Of a stretch of DNA of 64,000 nt, positions 38,538 to 49,172 are shown piece by piece. Under the pieces are notes generated by a model. That model searched no databases. It was not told where the DNA came from and saw nothing but the letters and a program-made list of their open reading frames with translations. The translations under genes and the position numbers were made by a program. Each line of letters starts with the position of its first letter. Position 1 is the stretch's first letter. Source of the stretch: Saccostrea cucullata (lineage: Eukaryota); contig NW_026935861.1 of NCBI RefSeq assembly GCF_032062105.1, positions 62,001 through 126,000 of the forward strand, written 5' to 3'.

Positions 38538-39222
38538 GTGTGCGTTCACAATTCTCCCATTGGTTGGTATTGGTGGTGTAATTTACCAATGGCAAAACAT
38601 TGGTACCAATGTTTACTATTGGTAACTTTTATTGGTTACCAATTCTGCAGGCCAACCACATCTATGGCAGATTGGTAACCCAGATTTTTTTGTTTATTAG
38701 AGTCACCCTTAAGATGGCTACCTGGACAGTTCCTGGTAGCACGAGTGAAGTTTTCTCACTAGTAATAACACTTCATATGAATTCTACTACAATTTAAGGG
38801 AAAATATTGTTATCTCTACATAGTATTGCAAATTTCAAACAAATGATCACTTGTTTTGGCAAAAGAATATCATCTGAAGACAAGTTTTCATATAAAGTTA
38901 TGTCCATAAAAGTAATTTTATTTTGATTAAGGAGTGCAATAAACAAAATTCTTTTTGAATTTATTGTATCTGGAAAATGGTGAAAACTCAACATTTGCCA
39001 TTGGTAACCATTGCTTACCATTGGTGACCATTAGTAACCAAGTGTTGCCATTATTCACTTTTGACAACCATTGGTACAGCCTTTGGTTGTTTTGTCATTG
39101 GTTTACCAATATGCTGTTCACAGTTTAATGGCAACCAATTGTACCATTCTTCAACATTGGTGCCAAAGACAAGCCAATGGAAAATGGATACTTGTACCAA
39201 TGGAAGAATTGTGAACGCACCC
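38538..39222. mobile_element. MITE with 3-bp TSD (AAT), PIF/Harbinger-like
   Basis: TIR G(T/G)GTGCGTTCACAATTCT; AAT at 38535-38537 and 39223-39225; ATTGG/CCAAT-rich subterminal repeats; absent at the paralogous site ~51290. Confidence 0.85.
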
Positions 39223-39675
39223 AATAGTGTGTTTATCAATAAGAATAGGTAAAATGTACCTAGACATTTAACTGGTTATGACCCAGAAAAAAATGTGGTA
39301 CGAAGCCAATATTCATATTAGCAATATCAGCCTTAAAGTGTACATATGTCAACATATAGTTCTTTGACTTTATAATAAGTACATTTTATAAATGAAAACT
39401 TGTATATGAATATGGCTAAGAGTGGATTTAATACTACAGTTTTAAAGAGATTCACTAAAAACAACAACCTTTTTCAAACCGAAAGTTGATTAATGATCGA
39501 TGAGTTATGGACCTTAAATCTCAAAAAGGAACGTATAATGTAAGTATGTGTTAACTTAATATTTATACAGTCATTTTTTCCTGGATGTATATTCAGGACT
39601 TCATCGATACTCTTTTTCATCTTTATGTTTTCAGAGTAATACATTTGGCAGAGTATTTTCAACCGATTAGCGTAC

Positions 39676-39831
39676 TACATTTTGTAACCGATCAGTGTAT
39701 TACATTTGGCTGTGTATTTTGTAACAGAGTAGAATATTACATTTGGCTGTTTATTTTGTAACAGAGTAGAGAATTACATTTGACTGTGTATTTTGTAACC
39801 GAGTAGAGTATTACATTTGACTGTGTATTTT
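39676..39831. repeat. ~37-bp minisatellite between the HSPA12 paralogues (also 53934-54074)
   Basis: TACATTTGGCTGTGTATTTTGTAACCGAGTAGAGTAT repeated about four times in both pairs. Confidence 0.85.
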
Positions 39832-40594
39832 AAAGGTACTTGGACACAGATTTGGAGGTAATTTTTTCTTTATAATATTACGACTTATATATTTTAATAG
39901 CACTTCACACAAAAATTAATTAAAAATCTTATTTCATTTAAAAGTTATTATAACTTTAAATTTTTTGGCGGGTGTGATTGACACATCCTTGCACTTTCAC
40001 AAATTTTAAGTTTACTCTTAATACTTAGGGAAAGTGGCAGCCTTGTTGTGTGTAGCATGATTATTTTTTTAGCTTTATTATGTTCTTACATTTACTTTTC
40101 TTAATCAGTAGATTTGTATGTTTTTATTATTTTACTTTCATTCGTAGACTAGATTGTTTATCAATGTCTTAACCCAGACTGCGAACAGGTCATGGGGAGC
40201 TGTTAATTAGGCTAGGAGGAGGCTTTATACAATAGTAGTGATTTATAGCATTTAGATCTGATAGCTTGACCTTAGTTTAGTTCAGGGGTGATTAAGAGGA
40301 GCAATGAGAGGAGTCATAAACTATATAAGCAGGGTATTTTTAGGATGATTAGATTTTATTGGGAGTAATTTGAAAGAGTATTTTAATAATGGGAATTTAA
40401 CTTGAGTTATTTTGGGATAATTATTCTAAGTGCCTTTCATTCAATTCTTTATAACATTGATTGGATTATATTTTACTTTCATTTGGATTTAATAAACAAA
40501 ATACTACTATTTTGTGTTTTATTACAAAGAGGAATTATTATCAGGAGCTACCAAAATATGAATGTGAAAAGGATTTACTCGTAAACGCTACAAA

Positions 40595-40612
40595 TGGTGG
40601 CAGCGTCGGGAT
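40595..40612 (+). other. Primer-binding site, most similar to a tRNA-Leu 3' end
   Basis: TGGTGGCAGCGTCGGGAT two nt after the LTR CA; resembles the complement of tRNA-Leu ...ATCCCACCGCTGCCACCA. Confidence 0.75.
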
Positions 40613-41027
40613 TCTTTGGATAATTTGTGAATTTTATTGTGAATCAAAATGGATCTAAACGGACCTTAATTCGCAAATGTGTTGGATTATTGTGATTCTG
40701 AAAATTTGATTTTCATTGGATTTATTTCATTCATATTACTGGATTATTACAAGTGACTTGTGTATCATACTTTTCATAGTTATGAATGTATACAGATTCA
40801 CAAATGTGTATGACTACGATGACAATGGAAACTTAGTGTATATTGGAAGGATTACAATTCATGATAAAAAGGAGTGTTAAAACTGTTATTGTATGTTTAA
40901 AGTGAGTGAGAACCGTTTTTCACTTGTCACGGAAAAAGGAGAAATCAGTGAATTCTTAAAGTGTCCGTTTTGTAACTGCAGGATTAAAGCATATACAAAG
41001 CAGCGTACCATTGAAATGTAAAACATT

Positions 41028-42284
41028 TTGAAAATGGATGAAACTTCGCATTCTTTAATTGATATGGAAATGACAGACTGTGGCAAATCTCCAAACAAGC
41101 AAACTCCTGAATTATTTTCAAGCCCAGCTAGAAGTCCTAAATTACGAAGTACAAACATACGTCGTCGTTTGGAAGATTCATTTGAGAATAGTGAAAATTT
41201 CGCTCCAGAATTTCCACACATGGAACAGCCAATGAATAGTTATGAACTTCAGGAGGAAAAGTATTTTAAACAAGGATCCAGAAATTTAGTTTCATTATTT
41301 TGGATATCCGTGTGTATTATTGGATGTGTTGTTGTGTTTGCTTTGTATCGCTATTTTCCGGGATTGTTGTGTTTGACAAAGGAATTCATCATGTCTGGAG
41401 GAGCATTTGTAGTATTTTCCTCAATCATTGGAATGATGGTGAAATTGGCAAAAAGTACTGAAAGCCCATCTAAAGGGATGGAAACTCAGAGAAATTATCC
41501 AGGGATAGCTAGAGTGAATGGTAAAGGGAGCCAGGATTCATCCTATCAAATTAATTTTAAAAGAACTTTCAAGGGAGATGGAAATGAAATTTGGTGTGAA
41601 TTCATTCGTTATTTTGAAAATATTGCAATTCTTAATAACTGGAGCTTGGATCGTATGAGGAGAGTGTTACTTACTGCTTTACGTGGTCAGGCTGAAACAT
41701 ACGCATATGGTTTACCAGATGACAAAAGAAATAGCTATGATGAGTTGAAACAAGCCATGGAGTATAGATTTGAACACAAGTCAATGAAGGAAAGTTGTGT
41801 TGCAGAGGCAAAACTACGAAGAAAGAAGGAAGGTGAATCGTATAGGGATTTTGCTCAATGTCTGGAGGATTTGTATCGAAGAGCACACCCTGAAAGCCGA
41901 GAGTATGTTCAAGAATGTAGTCTAAAGACTTTCCTTGATAATTGCAGTGAGGTGGAAAATTTTAGGCTTGCAGTTAGAAGAACCAGACCTAAGACATTAC
42001 AAGAAGCGGTAACGGCTGCAATGCAAGAGGAATGCATAAGGATTAGTGAACAGCAAAACAGAGATCCGAAAACCTTGACAAAGCCCAGAATTTATCAAGT
42101 TAGCCAGCCCAATGATGTGAGTAATGGATTTGACAATATGAGACAACATGTGAAGAAGGCTTGCTTCAAATGTAATTCCACACAACATGTTCTAAGGAAT
42201 TGTCCTATCAAAAACAAGGGGAAAATAAGCAGTGCAATAAGTGAACCCGTTAAACAGTTAAACAGCGGGAAACCGAGGCAGTAG
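41028..42284 (+). CDS. gag: Gag with two N-terminal hydrophobic segments, capsid region and CCHC knuckle; probably originally started at ATG 40782
   Basis: FKGDGNEIWCEFIRYFENIA..NNWS..LRGQA, K.RRKKEGESYRDF..LEDLYRRAHP, RPKTLQEAV, CFKCNSTQHVLRNC. Confidence 0.85.
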   Translation: MKMDETSHSLIDMEMTDCGKSPNKQTPELFSSPARSPKLRSTNIRRRLEDSFENSENFAPEFPHMEQPMNSYELQEEKYFKQGSRNLVSLFWISVCIIGCVVVFALYRYFPGLLCLTKEFIMSGGAFVVFSSIIGMMVKLAKSTESPSKGMETQRNYPGIARVNGKGSQDSSYQINFKRTFKGDGNEIWCEFIRYFENIAILNNWSLDRMRRVLLTALRGQAETYAYGLPDDKRNSYDELKQAMEYRFEHKSMKESCVAEAKLRRKKEGESYRDFAQCLEDLYRRAHPESREYVQECSLKTFLDNCSEVENFRLAVRRTRPKTLQEAVTAAMQEECIRISEQQNRDPKTLTKPRIYQVSQPNDVSNGFDNMRQHVKKACFKCNSTQHVLRNCPIKNKGKISSAISEPVKQLNSGKPRQ

Positions 42285-44915
42285 GCCGTGCGTTGGTCGC
42301 TGATATGAATATGCCTTGTACAGAAGAGATAACTCACAGTGATTTACGAGTAATTAATAACAGAGCTCATGAGGATGCGTGTAATACCGATTCTGTGGAT
42401 ATGAAGCTCAATGAAAGTGATTATTGTGATGTTTTTGAAAAGAATACATCTGACATTTTAATTCCAGGAAGGAATGGATTTTTGGTAAATGGTTTAATTC
42501 AGGAAACACCATTAACATGGAAGATTGACACTGGAGCGAGGAAAACTTTCATCACTGAAGAAACATTTTATAGCATTCCTTTGGATAATCGTCCTGTACG
42601 AGAGCAAGTGAAAAGTAAATTCTTATCAGCTGATGGACGTAAACTAAAACTTCTGGGTACTGCTAAAATGATTCTTACTTTGAAGGATGTTGATATTGAA
42701 TTTCGTGTTTTTGTTGGAGGAGTCACACATGATTTATTGGGAGAAGATTTTATTGTGAAGTTCAAGTGTAACTGGAACTATCAACGATGTGCTTTGAGTT
42801 TTACATATGATCAAGAAAAGGATTTGAATGAAGTTTGTCCAACGAGAAAAATTTATAATCAGGATTCTTTGACCATACCAGGGAGACATGAATTTGTTGT
42901 GAGATCTATGGTAATGAATGCTGATGGGACAATTGCAATACCAATGCCTTTGAAAACTTTCATTAGTTCGTATAAATTGGGAGTTGCCAGAACACTTCTT
43001 GATTCAAGCAATACAGAGTTTTACATTCGATTATATAACTCAGAGGACCATGCCATTACAGTACCGAAGCATACTGAAATAGCATTACTTGTACCTGTTA
43101 CATATGTGAGTCAACCAATTTGTGACAAAGGAAAAGTTATATCCACAAGTAGCAAGGGAGAGACTCAAGAATTACCAGAGTACCTGAAAGCAGTCTATGA
43201 AAATGGAATCATAAATTTAAATTCTCGAGCGTCTGAAAAGTTCAAGGAATTTCTCATGGAAAGGAGAAATGTGTTTGCTGACCCAAATGGAGTTTTACAT
43301 AGAACCAACATTGGTGAGCACAGGATAAATTTGAGTGACGGAACGCCGTTTAAGGAGGCGCCGCGGCGGGTTCCATTGTTTAAAAGGGAAATTTTAGATC
43401 AAGAAATAGGGAAACTACTTGATCAGGGAATTATTGAGAAATCCAGCAGTCCATGGTCGTCGCAACTTGTTCTTGTTCAGAAGAAGGATTAAAGTTGGCG
43501 AGATTGTGTGGATTATCGTCGTTTGAATGCGAAGACGATAAAGGACGCATATCCGATACCTAGGATAGATGATAACTTGGATGCATTGGCTGGATCTGTT
43601 TGGTTTTCGTCTTTGGATTTGAATATGTCTTATCACCAAGTGCCGATGTCAGATCAGGACAAGGAGAAAACAGCATTTGCTACACCAAGAGGGGGGTTAT
43701 ATCAGTACAATGTTATGCCTTTTGGATTATGTAATGCTCCAGCGACTTTTCAGAGAATAATTGAAAGAGTATGAAGTGGTCTACAGTGGAATGTAGCTGT
43801 ATTTTATTTAGATGACATCATTGTCTATGGAAAAAGCTTTGATGAGCATTTGGAGAATTTAAAGCAAGTATTGGATAGACTGGAAGATGCTAATTTGAGG
43901 TTGAAAGCAATGTTCATTTTTCGTGAAAGAGGTGTCATTTCTGGGATATGTTGTTTCTAAAAGTGGAATCAAGACAGACCCTGCTAAAACTGAAGCAATA
44001 GAAAATATTTCAACACCAAAGAATGTCACAGAATTAAGGAGTTTTCTAGGATTAGTATCTTACTATCGGAAGTATATTAGAGATTTTGCTTCTATTGCAA
44101 AGTGTTTGCATTCTTTGACTAGCAAAAATAGCAAATGGATATGGACAGAAGAGTGTGACCGAGCTTTTATTGAATTGAAGAAGAAATTACAAAATGCGCC
44201 AATATTAGGATATCCAGATGTCGATGGTGGAAGTTTTATATTAGACACGGATGCAAGTAATGAAGCCATTGGATGTGTTCTTTCTCAAATTCAGGATGGG
44301 AGAGAAAAAGTTATTGCATATGGAAGCAGAACACTGAGCTCAGCTGAGAAAAAATATTGCGTAACGCGAAAGGAAATGTTAGCTCTTATCTACTTTGTGA
44401 AATATTACAAATATTATCTACTAGGAAGAGAATTTATCTTAAGAACAGATCATGGATCTTTAACGTGGCTTCATAAATTCAAAGAGCCAGATGGACAAAT
44501 TTGCCGATGGTTGCAACAGTTAGGACCATATAACTTTACAATTATACATCGGGCTGGAAAACAACATGCAAATGCTGATGCACTCTCAAGATTACCAAAA
44601 GAGGAGTGTAATGAAAATGTGTGTAAACAGTGTAAACAAAAGCATTGTATCTATGATGGTGATTTAGTGACGCGTGTGAAAGATCTGCGTGAAAATTCAA
44701 AGGAGACTATCCAGGTGGCAAATGACATAATCTGTGACATTTTCCAGTTATATAATGTAACAAGTGAGGATGAAGAGAAAAGTGATTCTGAGCCTAAAAC
44801 AGTACCAACTACAAGGAGAAAGCGTAATCGTCCAAAGCGTGCTAAACAACGAGAAATACCAGATTTAGAACTTACATATGAAGAAATTCGTAATCAACAA
44901 GAAAATGACAAGAAT
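42257..44915 (+). pseudogene. pol: Pol (protease, RT, RNase H), disrupted
   Basis: WKIDTGA protease; SPWSS..VQKKD, DYRRLN, MPFGLCNAPATFQR, YLDDII RT; FILDTDAS..RKEMLA..RTDH..NADALSR RNase H. Stops at 43490 and 43772; frameshift at ~43910; no integrase. Confidence 0.9.
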
Positions 44916-45543
44916 TTTACTCGGAAACGCTACATGTGTATAAATGAAAAATATTAATACTATAATCCAGAAAAATCTGAGTAGACATGTTCGAATGCAA
45001 AACAAACACACAATATATTCTCAGTCCGTGCAGTTGTGGTGATTAGACTTTGACGATTGAACGCACCCGGTGAATCGTTAACAATCAACAATAACAAAGC
45101 CCCTGCCCTGTTTACAAAAACTGTGCACATAACACGAGTGTGATCGATTTGCACACAAGACTTAGTTCGGAATGACGGTACTTGTGAAGGAATTTTGCTT
45201 TGTAACATTTCTACTCTGAACAATTTTTTTTCTGGATTTAAGTTTTTATATTTTTTCAATGGGTGGCTCTGTAGCTCTCCGGTCTATCAATATTTTTTTT
45301 CGGAGAGCTACAGATCTGCAGCTAGGTAATACATTGTTGGATGCTATATTTTCAAAAAATTACAATTATTAAAGGATAACTGGAGAAATAGGAAAAGGAT
45401 ACAGTTCTTCTGAATATAGAGCAATATCCCCTAGCTGCAACAAAATAAAATAAATTCAATAAAAGGTTGTATTTCATGTACCTTTTGAAATTTATTAGCA
45501 GTTGAAAAATTTATCTACTTTACTATTTTCCAGTTTTTTTTAA

Positions 45544-47859
45544 ATGGATCAATCTATCAAGAGTAAAAGCAAGAAACTGTTTGTGTCAGCCATTGATTTC
45601 GGAACGACGTACTCCGGATATGCCTTTGCCATTTCCCAGAACTGGCGTAAACTCATGGCTTGTCATTGGCAGGGAGGTGGCCTCATCTCTCACAAGGCCC
45701 CGACTGCCCTACTCCACAAGAAGGCTGGGGGATCAGATCCAGTCTTCGAGGCCTTTGGTTATATAGCTGAGGATCGGTACGCCACGTTGACGGCAAAGAA
45801 GGAACATAAAGATTACCTTTACTTCCAGCGTTTTAAAATGATCCTACATAAAGATTTTCTATGTAATTGCTTTTATGTATACATTTTTCTCTCGTTTATT
45901 ATGCCCCCCTTCGAAGAAGGGAGGGCATATTGCTTTGCTGCTGTCTGTCGGTATGTTGGTCAGTCTGTCGGTCCACTTAGTTTCCGTTCATTTTCTTCAC
46001 AACCGTTGCACAGACTGAAATGAAATTTGGTATACAGATATATCAGATGAAACAAGTTCTGTTTTGGATACGATCGCACCATTTTTGACAGAGTTATGCC
46101 CCTTGGACTTAGAAAAATTCCATTATTTGCAGTTTCCGTTCATTTTCTTTGCAACTGTTGCACATACTGAAATGAAATTTGGTGTAAAGATATATCAGAT
46201 GAATATCTAAATCAAGTTTTGTTTTGGGTACGATCGCACAATTTTTGACAGAGTTATGCCCCTTGGACTGGAAAAATTCCTATTATTTGCAGTTTCCGTT
46301 CATTTTCTTCGCAACTGTTGCACATACTGAAATGAAATTTAGTGTACAGATTTATCAGATGAATATCTAGGTCAAGTTCTGTTTTGGGTACAATTGCGCC
46401 ATTTTTGCCCTTTTGGACTTGGAAAAATTCCAATTTGGGGGGAGGGGGGCATAAGTGTTTTACAAACATCTCTTGTTTGATATATTTAATGGCATTGATA
46501 TTACGATAATGTTGCAACATGACAGACAATCCTGTTCTCCACCTCCCTGCCTATGTGTAGTTTAATGTTATTTTCAGGAAGTCAACAAATCCATAGAATG
46601 TTCAGATATTACTGGTGAGAAGTTAGAGGCCACTCAAGTTTTCACACATTGTATAAGGAACCTAAAGAACCACTTAATAGATAAAATCAACGAAAAGTTC
46701 GCAGCTACCAGTGATAGAGACATTGAGTACGTGTTGACAGTACCAGCAATCTGGGGAGACAAAGTCAAGATGTTCATGAGGGAGGCTGCAGTCAAAGTGA
46801 ATTGATTTTTGGTACACCTTGTTCTGTATTGAATGTACTAAGTACTAGTATTTAGAAATAAAGGATGCATTGTTTTGTTTTTATTTTTGAAACTAAATGC
46901 AGTGTTTTACAATTAAAGTATTATACTTACAGGCTGGAATAGAGAAGGACCACCTGATTATGGCTCTAGAGCCCGAGGCAGCATCTATCTATTGTCAACA
47001 TTTACAGATAGAAAATCTGAGGGACCCTAACGCCAGTGTCCTGAGGACAGTCGGTACTGACACCACATACATGGTAGTTGATTTAGGAGGTGTGTAGAGA
47101 TGCATTCTTCACTGAAAGTTTCACAACGAAAATGATGATTTTTGATTGTCATCATGGCATAAGAATTCATACTTTATTTTGTTAGGTGGTACTGCAGATA
47201 TAACAGTTCACTAGAAATGCATTGACAATACATTGGAGGAAATCATGCCAGCCAGTGGGGGCCCTTGGGGTTAAAAGTCAGTAGACGACAAATTTATTGA
47301 TTTCCTGAGTTAGGAGGCAAAGAAGTTTTGAAACTGCTGAAGGAAAGAAATATGAAGGATTATGTAGACATTTTAAGAACATTCGAAAGGACAAAACGAG
47401 ATATAACGCTTGAAAAGAAAGGAAATATCTTTTTCCGTATACCACTTTCCTTCATTGACCCGTGCAAAAAAGAGAATAACCTAGATGGTTTTAGCCAAGT
47501 AATTAAGAAATCAGCCCACAAAGATAATGTGAGTTACGGTCCAGGTAAGCTAAAAATGGCTGCAGACTTTGTCAGGGGGTTCTTCAAGAAAACTTCTGAT
47601 GGAATCTTAAAACATATTGAGGATTTGTTTAATGAGGAAGCCGTCAGAGATGTCAACCACATTCTCATGGTGGGTGGATTTTTTGAATGTAAGCTAATTC
47701 AAAAGGCTATAAAAGATAATTTTCCAGAGAAAAATGTCATCATTCCAGAAGAGTCTGGGCTTGCTATTTTGTATGGTGCCGTTTACTTTGGACACATTCC
47801 AGATGCTATATCTAGGAGAGTTGCAAGGTTTACCTACGCAATTCAAACATGGCCTAAAA
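45544..47859 (+). pseudogene. HSPA12: HSPA12-like pseudogene (copy B; paralogue of 54372-56509), 3'-truncated
   Basis: Intron-1 donor GT>CT; HINE insertion in intron 1; stops at ~47212 and ~47272; small deletion at ~47305; homology to copy D ends after IQTWPK. Confidence 0.88.
45899..46476 (+). mobile_element. HINE-type element with ~160-bp tandem repeats
   Basis: TATGCCCCCC / GGGGGGCATA subterminal inverted repeat, GTCTGTCG microsatellite, GAGTTATGCCCCTTGGACT at 46091 and 46251, 3' hairpin; absent from copy D intron 1. Confidence 0.85.
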
Positions 47860-47888
47860 TAAAAACACCTACTATACATTTTCCCATT

Positions 47889-48473
47889 CAAAGAACTATA
47901 TGCGGTATATTGCATATACTTGCCCCCACAAAAGTTACATTTTGAAAACTTCATGAAATGTGCTGAATTCAATAAATTGTATGAGAAATATAAATTAACA
48001 GAACATATTATAGTTTCAAAGCAGTTTATTCACAATTTTTGTTTTTATGACGTCAAAACCTAGTCCAATTTTAGAATTTTTTTCAGAAAGAGGACAAAAT
48101 GGACAAAATTTCAACAATTTAAGCTTTTAAATATATAGAGCGCATGTTTGTTCAGGATTTATATTTACATATTTCATTGATATTATCATTCTAAACATTA
48201 TATCAAAATATTGATCCTGAACACACATGCGCTCGGTGACTTTTACTCAAAATATCGACGAAATATGTACATTTTTCTGTATAATTCATTAAAAACTGAA
48301 ATTTACGTCATGTTTGTGACGTCATTACGTACATATGACGTCATTACTTATGAAAATATTCAGTGCTTTGAAGTCAGCATATACTCCCCTGTTTAAGAAC
48401 TTAATTAAATATACCTCCATCAAAGTTTGATTTGGGGGGGCAAATATTGGTTATTACCGAATAAAGTTCTTTG
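47889..48473. mobile_element. MITE, same family as 4729-5323
   Basis: TIR CAAAGAACT(A/T)TAT(G/T)CGGTA; near-identical interior. Confidence 0.85.
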
Positions 48474-49172
48474 ATAAATTAACACATTTTAAAAATAATT
48501 AAAAATCATAGGTATCCAGGCTTTTGAAGAAATTCCACAATTTTTTATACATATAATGTACGTTAATTTCTGTTATTTACTTTGAACATTTGAAAATGCA
48601 AAGTGTCTAAAGGTTCTCCTGTCATTGCAAAGCTCCATAAATGACGTCTAATTTCATAATCATGTCAATAAACATTGGTATCTATGGTTAGGTTAAAATG
48701 AACATCAGTTTCTTGATATATGTAATTTTAAAATGCTTTTACGGGGTTAAACATTCGACTTTTTATTAGTCCTTTTTAAGAACTTCAAAGAACCTTGAAG
48801 CACATTAAGAGATATATAATGAAAATTGTTGCATGAAAAGATTTGATTTTCAAGATTCAGTTTGAGACTTTTTGAATTAAATTATGAAATAAAGAGTCGT
48901 CCTTCCTGAGGATCGGGGTCCCTTCACGTAAAACTATGCCATTATTCAATATTGCAGAGAAAAATGCATAAATCGAGTAATTTTATGCTACAGTTACAGT
49001 TGTAACATTTATTCAAATACTAGTATATAAGATTTACTATTCAGTATTTTCAACTCTGCCAAAGTGATCATTGTCAAGAATCTTTAGTGAAATAGAAGAC
49101 TTAGGAAAATTTATAGAAATAAAAGGATAATGAATAAATAATAAATACTTGTACATATCCCATTTGAGTTTA

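Larger units (their letters stand above)
40051..44934 (+). mobile_element. Ty3/Gypsy LTR retrotransposon, integrase and most of the 3' LTR deleted
   Basis: 5' LTR 40051-40592 (TGTAGC...GCTACA, with TATATAA and AATAAA). PBS 40595-40612. Gag, then PR-RT-RNase H. 3' LTR remnant TTTACTCGGAAACGCTACA ends at 44934. TSD TGTG at 40047-40050 and 44935-44938. Confidence 0.92.

Noticed and set aside
42282-42284. Stop-codon readthrough between gag and pol
   Set aside because: Pol is in the -1 frame, not the gag frame.
46254-46529. 91-aa ORF, and similar short ORFs at 12121, 26195, 28494, 29182, 33614 and 51746
   Set aside because: Chance frames inside repeats or AT-rich DNA with no domain signal.
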